DNA of 64,000 bases. Origin: Pseudomonadota bacterium. Lineage in GTDB: Bacteria > Desulfobacterota > Desulfobacteria > Desulfobacterales > JBDRRP01. The stretch covers positions 62,001 to 126,000 of the forward strand of contig JBDRRP010000107.1 of assembly GCA_043825735.1 (NCBI GenBank), read 5' to 3'. The notes beneath the pieces were generated by a model. The model made no database searches and was not told the DNA's origin. It saw only the letters and a list, made by a program, of their open reading frames with translations. Made by a program: the position numbers and the translations under genes. Below are positions 50,038 to 59,737 of this stretch, one piece after another; the first letter of the stretch is position 1, and each line of letters opens with the position of its first letter.

Positions 50038-51240
50038 CTATGCCCGAGCGATCTCCGGCATGGCCCGTTTCATCTGCCGCAGGGCCTGACGGATGCGGTG
50101 CTCGTTTTCGACCAGGGCCAGCCGCAGCCAGCCTTCACCTTCCTCGCCGAAGCCGATGCCCGGGGAAACGGCGACGTTGGCCTTTTCCATCATTTCCATG
50201 GCAAAGGCCATCGAGCCCATCTGCCGGATCGGCTCGGGCATGGGGACCCACACGAACATGCCGGCCTTGGGCTTTTCCACGGGCCAGCCCATGCGCTCGA
50301 GCCCCTCGCACATGATGTCCCGGCGCAATTGGTACTTTGCCACCTGCTCGGCGATTTCGGCCTCGCACTGCCTGAGGGCCACGATGCCGGCCACCTGGAT
50401 GGCGGAGAAGATGCCGTAGTCGTAGTAGCCCTTGATCTTGGCCAGTGCACCGACGATCCGGTTGTTGCCGACGCAATAGCCCAGCCGCCAACCGGCCATG
50501 TTGTAGGTCTTGGAAAAGCTGCCGAACTCCACGCCCACGTCCCGCGCGCCGGGGGCTTCAAGGAAACTGGGCGGCTTGTAGCCGTCAAAGGCGATCTTGG
50601 CATAGGCGAAATCGTGAATCACCATGAAACCGTATTTTTTGGCCAGTTTCACCACTTCGACAAAAAGGTCCAGGCTGCCGCAGGTGGCCGTCGGGTTGTG
50701 GGGGTAGTTGAGGATGAGCACTTTTGGCCGGGGAAAGACGTGCCGGCACATGTCAGCGATGCGTTTTAGAAAGACTTCGTCTTCGTCGATGAGCAGCCGG
50801 ATGGCGCTGCCGCCGGCGATGATGGCCGCATAGACGTGAATGGGAAAGGCCGGCGCCGGCACCAGCACCGTATCGCCGGGGCCGATCAGCGCCAGGCACA
50901 GATGGCTGATGCCTTCCTTGGAGCCGATGGTCATGATGGTCTCGGCGTCTTCATCGAGGCCAACGCCGTAATCTTTCTCATAGGACAGCGTGATCTCCCG
51001 GCGCAGGTGCTTTAACCCGTCGGCCGCCGGGTATCGGTGGATCTTGGGATCCTGAGCCATTTCGGCAAGTTTGTCGGTGACGGCGGCCGGTGCCGGGTCG
51101 ACGGGGTTTCCCATTCCCAGATCGATGACATCATCGCCCTTCCAGCGTTTTTCCATTCTCTTTTTGTTGATCATGCCAAAGAGATAGGGCGGCAGCTGGT
51201 CCATTCTTCTGGCGAAAGTGATGGGGTGCTCGTAATCCAT
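50038..51240 (-). CDS. alaC: PLP-dependent class I/II aminotransferase, AlaC-like (alanine transaminase)
   Basis: LPPYLF, MGNP, TIGSKEG, PIHVY, SKTYNMAGWR, YYDYG, LALVENEHRIRQA match AlaC/YfdZ motifs as I recall them; Ala-rich leader peptide upstream. Confidence 0.75.
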   Translation of the reverse strand: MDYEHPITFARRMDQLPPYLFGMINKKRMEKRWKGDDVIDLGMGNPVDPAPAAVTDKLAEMAQDPKIHRYPAADGLKHLRREITLSYEKDYGVGLDEDAETIMTIGSKEGISHLCLALIGPGDTVLVPAPAFPIHVYAAIIAGGSAIRLLIDEDEVFLKRIADMCRHVFPRPKVLILNYPHNPTATCGSLDLFVEVVKLAKKYGFMVIHDFAYAKIAFDGYKPPSFLEAPGARDVGVEFGSFSKTYNMAGWRLGYCVGNNRIVGALAKIKGYYDYGIFSAIQVAGIVALRQCEAEIAEQVAKYQLRRDIMCEGLERMGWPVEKPKAGMFVWVPMPEPIRQMGSMAFAMEMMEKANVAVSPGIGFGEEGEGWLRLALVENEHRIRQALRQMKRAMPEIARA

Positions 51241-51270
51241 GGCGTTTCCTCCTTGTTTGGCCCTAAATGT

Positions 51271-51303
51271 AAAACCCCGGGCTTCGGCATGGCCGACCCG
51301 GGG
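51271..51303 (-). terminator. attenuator terminator upstream of the aminotransferase
   Basis: CCCCGGG-TCGGC-CAT-GCCGA-AG-CCCGGGG-TTTT, about 30 nt before the ATG. Confidence 0.8.
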
Positions 51304-51372
51304 CTGATTTAGGCAAAGGCGCCGCGGGCCGAGTCAGCCAGCCCGTAGCGATGTGGCGCGTCCTGAAGTGGT

Positions 51373-51453
51373 TCAGTCGACGGCCGTCGCTGGGGCTGGC
51401 CCCCTGGCAGCGGCCGCCGCGGCGGTCGTTATGGGTGTCGGGTAGATCATCAT
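51373..51453 (-). CDS. Ala-rich leader peptide MMIYPTPITTAAAAAARGPAPATAVD
   Basis: GGGAG SD; 26 codons with six consecutive and nine total Ala codons; lies between promoter and terminator. Confidence 0.8.
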   Translation of the reverse strand: MMIYPTPITTAAAAAARGPAPATAVD

Positions 51454-51494
51454 CGGGTGTCCGCTCCCGTTTCGGTCGCGTGAAATATAAAATT

Positions 51495-51524
51495 ACTATA
51501 AAAAGAAATCCGCTGCGGTGTCAA
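51495..51524 (-). promoter_or_regulatory. sigma-70 promoter for leader + aminotransferase
   Basis: TTGACA-N18-TATAGT. Confidence 0.7.
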
Positions 51525-51613
51525 TGGGGGCCGGCGGCCTTGAGCGGATACCGGGCTTTGGCGTTGGCGGATCTGAAAGCCGGATCGCCAAATAGACCCA
51601 TTCTTGATGAGCA

Positions 51614-52009
51614 CTATTTTAATCTGCGGAAGCGCCAGTCGATCTTCTTCCTCTCCAGATATGCTTCGAACGCTTTGCAGGTAGTAAAGACCATTTTATA
51701 GGCGGATTCATCGGTTTCATACTCGCAAAAGGCATTTGACCCGGGATAATCGCGGCAGATACGAGGACGGTCAGCGTAATCGGTGCAACCGTTGTTTTTG
51801 GAAAGATTTTCGCAGACCGAAGTAAACGCGATATTCCAGGTGTTGTGTTGATCGACGAATACCCAGACATCGCGGTGTAAAAGATACCATCGTATGTTGT
51901 CGTAGTCTCTCTTGCATGTCGGCTTGCCGAGTTCGAGCGCCATGTAGCGGCAGCATCGCGCTTTACAGGCGACACAGTCTGCATCCCGGCGCTTCCGCGC
52001 ATTGCCCAT
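51614..52009 (-). CDS. YkgJ/UPF0153 Cys-cluster protein
   Basis: CVACKARCC, CENL, CTDYADRPRICRDYP; TTGACA-N17-TATAAA upstream. Confidence 0.85.
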   Translation of the reverse strand: MGNARKRRDADCVACKARCCRYMALELGKPTCKRDYDNIRWYLLHRDVWVFVDQHNTWNIAFTSVCENLSKNNGCTDYADRPRICRDYPGSNAFCEYETDESAYKMVFTTCKAFEAYLERKKIDWRFRRLK

Positions 52010-52437
52010 CGGAGCACTCCATCTCAAAATTAAAAATACGCTTATGCAGAAAGTTCCAGTTGGTCGCTACCCAAGGTGATTTTGAACCACGGAGCGGATT
52101 GAGTTTTTTATAGAGCAACATTGAACCCGTGTCAAATATGGGCAGGTGCTCGGGCGTCGCGCACGCCTGCACTGTAGTCGTATACATTGTCAGCATGCCG
52201 GGCGAGATAGCACATACCCCTGCTTCACATTATCACCGGTCGGTCATTCATTCCGGTTGCACTTCTTGACAGCGCAGCGAAAACTCTGGATAGTAAATGG
52301 AACCAGGCGGCCTCCGGGTGCGTATCGTGCATAGCCAATTTTCGGTATAAAACGGCCGCCCCCAAAAAACCGTCCGAAATCGAACCCGCTGCCGTCACGA
52401 CATCATCGGTGACCGAACGGCGATGCCAGGAAATTCC

Positions 52438-53973
52438 ATGCGCGAGCAATGCTATGCCGTCACCGCTGTCACTGAAATCGATCCCATCCGATCCGAGTTG
52501 AGGAAACGCTTCAGTAACATACGGGAAGTCTCCAGGGACGAAACATTCGAGGTTTTCGATTCCTTCGATTGGCGGCTGTATAACAAGGGGTGGCTCCTGC
52601 TGAAGGAAAAAGGGGGCTATGCCTTGATCGACCGCCGCTCCGGCCAAGGACGGTACCACCTCGCGGTGGATGACGGCCGAACACGTTCATTTCACTGGGA
52701 CTTTCCCGAATCAGACCTCTCCGCGGCGCTGGAAGCCGTTTTGGATATGCGGGCGTTGCTGCCACTGGGCAAAATCCATCGGCACAGGGTCCGGTACGAT
52801 CTGCTCAACCGTGACGAAAAAACCGTCGTGCGGCTGGCCATGGAAACCTTTTCAGGTAAGCGCACAGACGCGGCTGTCAGGCTTTTTCGGCTCATTCCGG
52901 TCCGCGGGTACGAAAAGGAGGCCCAAAAAGTGGCCGGCTGTTTGCAGTACGCGGGCCTGGGTCCCACGGATGAGGCGTTTCCGGTCCTCACTGTATTGGC
53001 GCTGCACGATCATCCGCCCGGAGTTTACTCGTCAAAAATCAACGTCTCCCTGCAACCGGCAATGCGCGCCGCCGAAGCTGTCCGGTGCATCCTGGGCGAT
53101 CTCGTTTCGGTAATTCAGATCAATCTGCCCGGTCTTTGCCAAGATATTGACATTGAGTTTCTGCATGATTTCAGAGTGGCAGTCCGGAGGGCGCGTTCGC
53201 TGTTGAGCCAAATGAAAGGCGTTCTCGATGTCGAGACGACAGCCACGCTTCAGCGGCGATTGAAAGTGCTTGGAAAAGCCACCGGAAACGTCAGGGATCT
53301 GGATGTGTATCTCCTGAAGGAGGCCGAATATTCAGGCGTGCTTCCGGATTTGCTGAAACCCGGCATCGGTTACCTCTTTGGTATGCTGAAGCGAAAACGG
53401 CGAAATGCGAGAGACCGAATGATCAAGGCCATGGGCGGGGTTGAAATCGCTGCCGCCCTTGTCGACCTCAAGGCCTTTGCAACAGAGGGTCACGGTCCGG
53501 CGATTATCGGTCCCCAAGGCAACCTTCCCATCGGCGAATTGGCCAAGTCGGCCATTTTCAAGCGATACCGACGGATCATCCAGCAGGGCGGAAGGATTTC
53601 AGACGCCACACTGGATGAAAAACTCCATGCCTTGCGCATTGAATGCAAAAAACTGCGTTACCTGCTGGAGTTTTTTGCTTCCCTATTTCCGAATGATGCG
53701 GTGCAGGTAATGATCAAGCAGCTCAAACAGCTTCAGGATAACTTGGGCGGTTTCAACGATTTGTCTGTCCAGCAGGCATTTATGCGTGACCGGCTCAACG
53801 CGCTCAGGCCGCAAACCGACCAGTTGGTTATACTGGCGGCTGCCACCGGCGCTTTGATTACCCACCTGCACACGGCGCAGCGCCGGGTTCGATCGCAGTC
53901 TTTAGATGCATTTGAGACATTCAGGGCGCCTGAGAACCAAGAAAGATTCACGACTTTATTTGACGGTGTTTAG
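52438..53973 (+). CDS. CHAD-domain (polyphosphate-binding) protein
   Basis: EFLHDFRVAVRRARS, VRDLDV, LHALRIECKKLRYLLEFF, LQDNLG..ND. Confidence 0.92.
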   Translation: MREQCYAVTAVTEIDPIRSELRKRFSNIREVSRDETFEVFDSFDWRLYNKGWLLLKEKGGYALIDRRSGQGRYHLAVDDGRTRSFHWDFPESDLSAALEAVLDMRALLPLGKIHRHRVRYDLLNRDEKTVVRLAMETFSGKRTDAAVRLFRLIPVRGYEKEAQKVAGCLQYAGLGPTDEAFPVLTVLALHDHPPGVYSSKINVSLQPAMRAAEAVRCILGDLVSVIQINLPGLCQDIDIEFLHDFRVAVRRARSLLSQMKGVLDVETTATLQRRLKVLGKATGNVRDLDVYLLKEAEYSGVLPDLLKPGIGYLFGMLKRKRRNARDRMIKAMGGVEIAAALVDLKAFATEGHGPAIIGPQGNLPIGELAKSAIFKRYRRIIQQGGRISDATLDEKLHALRIECKKLRYLLEFFASLFPNDAVQVMIKQLKQLQDNLGGFNDLSVQQAFMRDRLNALRPQTDQLVILAAATGALITHLHTAQRRVRSQSLDAFETFRAPENQERFTTLFDGV

Positions 53974-53982
53974 GTATCCATA

Positions 53983-54747
53983 ATGAAAACCATTGCTTTG
54001 TACAGCATCAAGGGCGGTGTCGGCAAGACAGCCGCTTGCGTCAATCTCGCCTATCTGGCCGCCAGCGGAAAGTCACCGACCCTGCTGTGTGATCTCGATC
54101 CGCAAGGCTCGTCGACCTTCTACTTCCGGATTCAACCGAAGAAAAATTATAGCGGCAGAAAATTCCTCAAAGGCGGAAAACCCGTGGACAAGGCCATTCG
54201 CGGCACCGATTTTTTGGGGCTCGACCTTCTTCCGGCGGATCTGTCATATCGCAACATGGATGTGATGCTGGACGGTTTTTCAAAATCGCGGAACCGATTG
54301 CGTGGATTGCTGGCCGGTTTCAAAGGTCGCTACGATTATGTCTTTCTGGATTGCCCGCCCAACATTACCCTGGTCAGCGAGAACGTGTTTGAGGCCGCTG
54401 ATGTCATTTTGGTGCCGCTGATCCCCACCACCCTCTCACTGGTGACCTATTCTAAACTCATCCGGTTCTTTAAGGAGACCGGTCTTGACCGGCGCAAACT
54501 GCATCCATTCATTTCGATGGTCGAACCCCGCAAGCAGATGCACCGTCAGTCGATTCGGGAAATCCTCGCTACCAAAACCCGCCTGCTGAAAACCTTCATC
54601 CCCTACAACGCCGATATCGAAAAAATGGGGTTCTACCGGGAGCCGCTGACGCATCGCCAGCCATCTTCCATCGGGGCGCTGGCATTTGCCAAACTGTGGA
54701 ACGAGGTCAAAGCCACAATCCCCAAAGAGAAACCCGATGCGCCTTGA
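53983..54747 (+). CDS. ParA/MinD-family ATPase (no ParB nearby)
   Basis: SIKGGVGKT, DLDPQG, LDCPP. Confidence 0.92.
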   Translation: MKTIALYSIKGGVGKTAACVNLAYLAASGKSPTLLCDLDPQGSSTFYFRIQPKKNYSGRKFLKGGKPVDKAIRGTDFLGLDLLPADLSYRNMDVMLDGFSKSRNRLRGLLAGFKGRYDYVFLDCPPNITLVSENVFEAADVILVPLIPTTLSLVTYSKLIRFFKETGLDRRKLHPFISMVEPRKQMHRQSIREILATKTRLLKTFIPYNADIEKMGFYREPLTHRQPSSIGALAFAKLWNEVKATIPKEKPDAP

Positions 54748-54883
54748 AATCGCGATAGAACTGTTCCCGGACCAGTTTGAATGTTTGTGGTCCCATACCG
54801 GTTTCCATGAGCGACGGGAAACACCCGATGACTCCTGAAGCATTGATCGATCCCGGTTTGTTCCGAAACACCCACGGCCCAGA

Positions 54884-55267
54884 CTACTTCTTTTTGTCTT
54901 TCTTCTTGCTGCCGGTTTTCTTAATTTTATCCGGCTTTTTTTTCCCTTTTTTCCCTTTTTTCTTCTTGTCTTTCTTGCTTTTCTTTTTTGACTTTTTTTC
55001 TTTCTTATTTTTCAGCTTTTTGATTTTCACCCGATCCGCCATCTCGGGGACAATATCGCCGTCACCCACTGCCGGGGCGCTTCCCGCCACCAGTTGAAGC
55101 GCATGTGCGATAACCTGCCGGGCCCTGGATGCCCCGAAACCCTCAACAGCCGACAATTTCTCATCGGTGGTTACGGCCAGGTCTTCAGCCGTGGCGAATC
55201 CCGCAGCTGTCAGTTTCTCTGCTGCGGCAGGTCCAATCCCCTTCACCATCAAAATTGAAATTGGCAA
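54884..55267 (-). CDS. helix-hairpin-helix protein with Lys-rich tail
   Basis: VKGIGPAAA and VEGFGASRA HhH motifs; C-terminal ~45 aa mostly Lys; AAGGAG SD + TTG. Confidence 0.85.
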   Translation of the reverse strand: MPISILMVKGIGPAAAEKLTAAGFATAEDLAVTTDEKLSAVEGFGASRARQVIAHALQLVAGSAPAVGDGDIVPEMADRVKIKKLKNKKEKKSKKKSKKDKKKKGKKGKKKPDKIKKTGSKKKDKKK

Positions 55268-55306
55268 TGGGTGCTCCTTTCATTGGTCTTGTTCGGCAGT
55301 TTTATT

Positions 55307-55477
55307 TCAACCGAGCTTTTGCGCCTTGCACAACGTGCCCTTCAACCGCGAAGAGCGCAAACACCGCGCACAGACATATTTGGACTTTCCCAGCAGTTCG
55401 GTCAAATCATCCCAGTTCTTTTTTACGTCCTCTTTGTCCCATTTGCACAATGACTTGTTTGTCAGTTTTTTATCCAT
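55307..55477 (-). CDS. 56-aa basic Cys-containing protein (below the ORF-track cutoff)
   Basis: GAAGGAGG SD; MDKKLTNKSLCKWDKEDVKKNWDDLTELLGKSKYVCARCLRSSRLKGTLCKAQKLG. Confidence 0.8.
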   Translation of the reverse strand: MDKKLTNKSLCKWDKEDVKKNWDDLTELLGKSKYVCARCLRSSRLKGTLCKAQKLG

Positions 55478-55606
55478 GGGTGCCTCCTTCCAGATTGGCG
55501 ATGACGCATGTTAACCATTGGCGGTCACGGTATCAAGCCGTTGGATGCAATCGCTGCGGTTGGTCGGCCGCCGTTTCCGGTGCATGCTGCAAATCATCAT
55601 TACCCT

Positions 55607-56146
55607 TCAACTGGGAGATTTGTTCTTTGGATAATCAAAGGAACTCGATACAAGGCGGTCCCTGCCGATCTGTCGCCATGATGTGGCTTCGAACGTGAGC
55701 GAAACGATGCCGGCAGTTGGAACGTTCGCGATTGGCTCTGGATAAAGCCCTTTAACCAATTCGGTGACACCCGGGTTGTGACCCACCAGCAGCACCTGAT
55801 GCCAACTGTCTTCAAAGCGGTGAACGGTATCCAGTAACCGGTCTGGTGCGGCGTGATATAGGGCGGTGTTGGGTCGTATGGCGTTGAGAGGCATCCCTAA
55901 AGTCTTGGCCACTGCAGCAGCGGTATCCATGGCCCGTCTGGCGTCGCTGCTGATAATGGCATCCAACGCCACGCCCTTTTTCTTCAGCCGTCTGGCCATT
56001 TCCGGTGCGGCCATTTTCCCGCGCTTGTTCAGGGGCCGCTGATGATCGATCAGATGCGGCGCTTTCCAACTGGACTTGGCATGTCTCATCAGAAGCAGTG
56101 TTTTCATAATCGTTTTTGGGAACGGGTCTTGGTGGTGGCAGCTCAT
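55607..56146 (-). CDS. sixA: SixA-like phosphohistidine phosphatase
   Basis: LMRHAKS, RPLN.RG, SSDARRA, VGHNP; start may be 56107. Confidence 0.9.
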   Translation of the reverse strand: MSCHHQDPFPKTIMKTLLLMRHAKSSWKAPHLIDHQRPLNKRGKMAAPEMARRLKKKGVALDAIISSDARRAMDTAAAVAKTLGMPLNAIRPNTALYHAAPDRLLDTVHRFEDSWHQVLLVGHNPGVTELVKGLYPEPIANVPTAGIVSLTFEATSWRQIGRDRLVSSSFDYPKNKSPS

Positions 56147-58335
56147 TTGTTTTTCTTGGATTTTTTCTTTTTCTTGGAAGATCGCCCCCCGGGCGTAAGC
56201 GCGGATCCCCTTCCTGAAAGACTTGGATTGGTCATGAAGAATTGGTGGGCGCTGAACGGCTCCGGCTTGGCAGCGCTGCGACAGTAGGTGGCATCGGGCT
56301 GGAGGGTCCAGCTTTGCACATTGTCCTTCAGGTTGGCGACCATGATCTGATCCAGCACCTGCCGGAGCACCGTCGGGTTTTCGATCGGCACCATCGCCTC
56401 GATGCGCCTGTCAATGTTCCGGGGCATCCAATCGGCCGACGAGATATACACCTTGGCCTTGTCGGACGGCAGTTCATGCCCGTTACCGAAACAGGCGATC
56501 CGGGAATGCTCGAGAAACCGGCCGATGATTGATTTCACCTCGATATTGTCACTCATCCCGGGCACGCCCGGTCTAAGGCTGCAGATGCCGCGGGCCACGA
56601 TACGGATCTTGACGCCGGCACGGGAAGCCGCGTAGAGGGCGTCGATGACCTCCTCGTCGACCAAAGCGTTGACCTTTATCCAGATGCCTGCCGGCCGCCC
56701 CGCCTTGGCATATTCGATCTCCTTGTCGATGAGCCCAAAAATGAACGCCCGCATGGAAATTGGAGATATCACCACTTTTTTGAGATGGGTCGGTCGCGCA
56801 TATCCGGTCATGAAGTTGAAGATCTGCATCACGTCATCGCAGATATCCGGGTCACAGGTAAAGAACGACAGGTCGGCGTAAATTTTGGCCGTCACCGGGT
56901 GATAATTCCCCGTTCCCAGGTGAGCATAGGTCTTGAGTTTTTGACCTTCGCGCCGGATCACCAGGGAAAGCTTGGCGTGGGTTTTATACTCCATGAAGCC
57001 GAAGACCACCTGGGCGCCGCTGCGTTCCAGTTTCCTGGCAATGCCGATATTGGCCTCTTCGTCAAAGCGGGCCTTGAGCTCCACCATGGCGGTCACGCTT
57101 TTGCCCGCTTCGGCAGCCTCTACCAGCGCTTGAACAATGGGCGAATCTTCGCTCGTCCGGTACAGGGTCTGGCGGATGGCCACCACGTTCTTATCCTGGG
57201 AAGCCTGCCGCAGGAATTGAACCACCACATCGAAGCTTTCGTATGGGTGATGGACGAGAATGTCCTTTGCCTGGATTGCGGCCAGGCAATCGCCGCCGAA
57301 ATCCCGGATTCTTTCCGGAAACCGGGCGCGGTATGTCGGGAAGAGAAGGTCTGGGCGGTCTTCGATAACCAGTTCGCTGATATCGGCCAGGCCGATCATG
57401 CCATGGAAACAGAACACATCCTGTTTGGAGACATCCAACTGGGCCTGAATGAAATAGAGCAGCTCTTCGGAAATATTGTCGTCTACGGTCAGACGGACCA
57501 CATGGCCCCTTCGGCGTCGCTTCAAGGCACTTTCAAAAGTGCGCACCAGGTCTTCCGCTTCCTCGTCAATTTCCATTTCGCTGTCGCGGATCACTCTGAA
57601 GGTACCGCTGGACACCAGCCTGAAGGAAGGAAAGAGCAGGTCGAGGTGCATCAGGACGACCTTTTCCATCGCGATGAATCGGATGGCTTTTCCCGGAAGC
57701 CTGACAAATCGATCAAGTTGCGACGGCAAGATGACCAGCGCGATCAAATTTTCATCTTCCCCGTCCCTTTCGAGTTCCAGCACCAGACCAAAACCGAGAT
57801 TGGGAATGAAAGGGAAGGGATGGGCCGGATCCACGGCAATGGGGCTCAGAATGGGAAACATGTTCTGCCGGAACATGGTGGCGAGCCGGGTTTTGTCTGT
57901 ATCGGATACGTCCTCCGGGCTGACCAGTTGAATGCCTTCGGTGCGCATCTCCGCCAACAGGGTCTCCAGACAGCGATGCTGATCTGCCGCCAGTTCACTG
58001 ACTCTGGCGCCGATGGCCCGAAGCTGCTGCGTCGGCGTCATTCGGTCCGGATTGGCGCCCCTGACGCGAGATGCCACCTGGCCCTTCAACCCTGCCACGC
58101 GGACCATGTAAAACTCGTCGAGATTACTGGCAGAAATCGAAAGAAACCGCAGCCGTTCGAGCAGCGGATGCGCCGGGTTCATGGCTTCTTCATACACCCG
58201 GCGGTTGAATTCCAGCCAGGAAAGCTCCCGGTTGATGAAGCGGCCAGGCTTGTTCTCGGCCACATCATGTTTGATGTCGACATCCTGGAATCGATCCATC
58301 AATTCGGTTGATTTGGGACCCGTGGGTTCATTCAT
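56143..58335 (-). CDS. ppk1: polyphosphate kinase 1
   Basis: [62 protein letters not shown]. Confidence 0.97.
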   Translation of the reverse strand: MNEPTGPKSTELMDRFQDVDIKHDVAENKPGRFINRELSWLEFNRRVYEEAMNPAHPLLERLRFLSISASNLDEFYMVRVAGLKGQVASRVRGANPDRMTPTQQLRAIGARVSELAADQHRCLETLLAEMRTEGIQLVSPEDVSDTDKTRLATMFRQNMFPILSPIAVDPAHPFPFIPNLGFGLVLELERDGEDENLIALVILPSQLDRFVRLPGKAIRFIAMEKVVLMHLDLLFPSFRLVSSGTFRVIRDSEMEIDEEAEDLVRTFESALKRRRRGHVVRLTVDDNISEELLYFIQAQLDVSKQDVFCFHGMIGLADISELVIEDRPDLLFPTYRARFPERIRDFGGDCLAAIQAKDILVHHPYESFDVVVQFLRQASQDKNVVAIRQTLYRTSEDSPIVQALVEAAEAGKSVTAMVELKARFDEEANIGIARKLERSGAQVVFGFMEYKTHAKLSLVIRREGQKLKTYAHLGTGNYHPVTAKIYADLSFFTCDPDICDDVMQIFNFMTGYARPTHLKKVVISPISMRAFIFGLIDKEIEYAKAGRPAGIWIKVNALVDEEVIDALYAASRAGVKIRIVARGICSLRPGVPGMSDNIEVKSIIGRFLEHSRIACFGNGHELPSDKAKVYISSADWMPRNIDRRIEAMVPIENPTVLRQVLDQIMVANLKDNVQSWTLQPDATYCRSAAKPEPFSAHQFFMTNPSLSGRGSALTPGGRSSKKKKKSKKNK

Positions 58336-58424
58336 CGCTCATTGTCCATTGATGCAACCTTCAGTCACGATGCAGCCATGACAGTATGCCAGCCCAGTTT
58401 CTGCAGCATAACAGAGACCATAGA

Positions 58425-58465
58425 TTAACACGATATTAACACGGATTGTGTTAAAATTAGGTTAG
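58425..58465. promoter_or_regulatory. putative Pho-box-like repeats upstream of ppk1
   Basis: TTAACAC-N4-TTAACAC (11-bp period) plus an inverted pair GTGTTAA / GGTTAG with the same period. Confidence 0.55.
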
Positions 58466-58732
58466 ATTGAATGATGGAAACTGTTTTTATTTTCGTTCTA
58501 TTCGTTGCTCCTTTGCTGATTCAGAATCGTCCGCGTGACGACAAAGCATGGCCGCAGGCGTTTTGTGCCCGCACCCGGGATGCCGCATTTCAGGATAGGG
58601 CGACAATGCAAGGGGATGATTGGCAGGCGCTCAGTGGTACTAAAAGCGGGGGGCATGTCGATACGGCATGCTTAAGAGCAATTGTGGACTCAGCGGAATC
58701 GAAAAGGCTCTGACGGTTTTGGAAAAAAAGAC

Positions 58733-59035
58733 CTATGCGTTGTAGATTTCCAAGGGCGCAACCACAGCGGGCACCCCGGTTGGGAGTTTTGAGGAACGGA
58801 CCCCATATCGGAGATACATTATCGTCGCCTTCAATTCTTCGACGCAGAGATCCTGACCACGGCTGATCTTGTTTCGGAAGGCACTTCGCTCGACTGCGGT
58901 GGCTTCGCGTTCTATAAGTTCGATGGCGTCCTGTAGACTTTTCCCTTTGAGTATGTTGGCGAGATCCTCACTGGCGCAGGTTTTCAAAACGGCAATCCCC
59001 CTTGTTCGATAGGTTCCACGGCCTAAATTTGGCAC
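58733..59035 (-). CDS. hypothetical protein
   Basis: 100-aa ORF, plausible helical composition; start uncertain. Confidence 0.5.
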   Translation of the reverse strand: MPNLGRGTYRTRGIAVLKTCASEDLANILKGKSLQDAIELIEREATAVERSAFRNKISRGQDLCVEELKATIMYLRYGVRSSKLPTGVPAVVAPLEIYNA

Positions 59036-59588
59036 ACCGGAATCCAGTCATGGATTTCTGATTTTTTAGACTGGCGAAACCATATAGCAATCCCGACTGT
59101 TATTCAATAACTCAAGAGGAAAAAACCTGAAAAAGAATTTATCTGAATGATATATTTGAATATAATACGCTACGAGGTTATCTCCAGCCATTGGTGCGAT
59201 TCCAGTATACGGGCGGGCCGCCGACAGGGCGCGATCGGCCGTATCGCGTTCAGTCTCCCCTATAAAAATCAAGTCTCTGTAAGTCTCAAACTGCCAAGGA
59301 GTGCTATTGGCGCGGTCCGGGCTACTGCGAGAAGGTCTGGGCCTCAATAACGGGGCGGCCGATGGGGCACCGGTCTGGAGGCAACCGTCAGCTCGCCCCT
59401 TGTTTTCATCCTTGTGCCCGATAAAAAGGAGTGGCGAAGGAGATGAGCGGGGGCAGACCTCCTCCGCCACGGAGGGAGCGGCTCCAGTGGAGGGCTGGAA
59501 CCAGAGAGTATATGCTGTTTATACCGTCGGTCTGTTACCCGCCCGTTCAATCGGAGTTAAATATCGGCGAATCGCATGACAAACTGAT

Positions 59589-59727
59589 AACCTTGATGAA
59601 ACCGTGAAAAGTGATTTTGAACCACAGAGACCGCAGTAAGTCTCAGAGAATATGCTGAATAATTAATAAGTTATCTCTGCGCTCTCTGTATCGATTTCAG
59701 ATTTCTACGGGACTGTCAACCTTGATG
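59589..59727. repeat. nested palindromic intergenic element
   Basis: AACCTTGATG at both ends; imperfect outer inverted repeat and inner ACAGAGA...CAGAGA / TCTCTG...CTCTCTGT inverted repeat. Confidence 0.55.
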
Positions 59728-59737
59728 TCCCATGTTC

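Noticed and set aside
52100..52196. Short ORF containing PEHLPIFDT, reminiscent of class II ribonucleotide reductase
   Set aside because: The match is too short and coincides with a TTGACA-N17-TATAAA promoter for the YkgJ-like gene.
56785..58311. Long antisense ORFs (e.g. 56785-58311, 36115-37677, 32505-33701, 5284-6402)
   Set aside because: They shadow well-supported genes on the opposite strand, as expected in GC-rich DNA.
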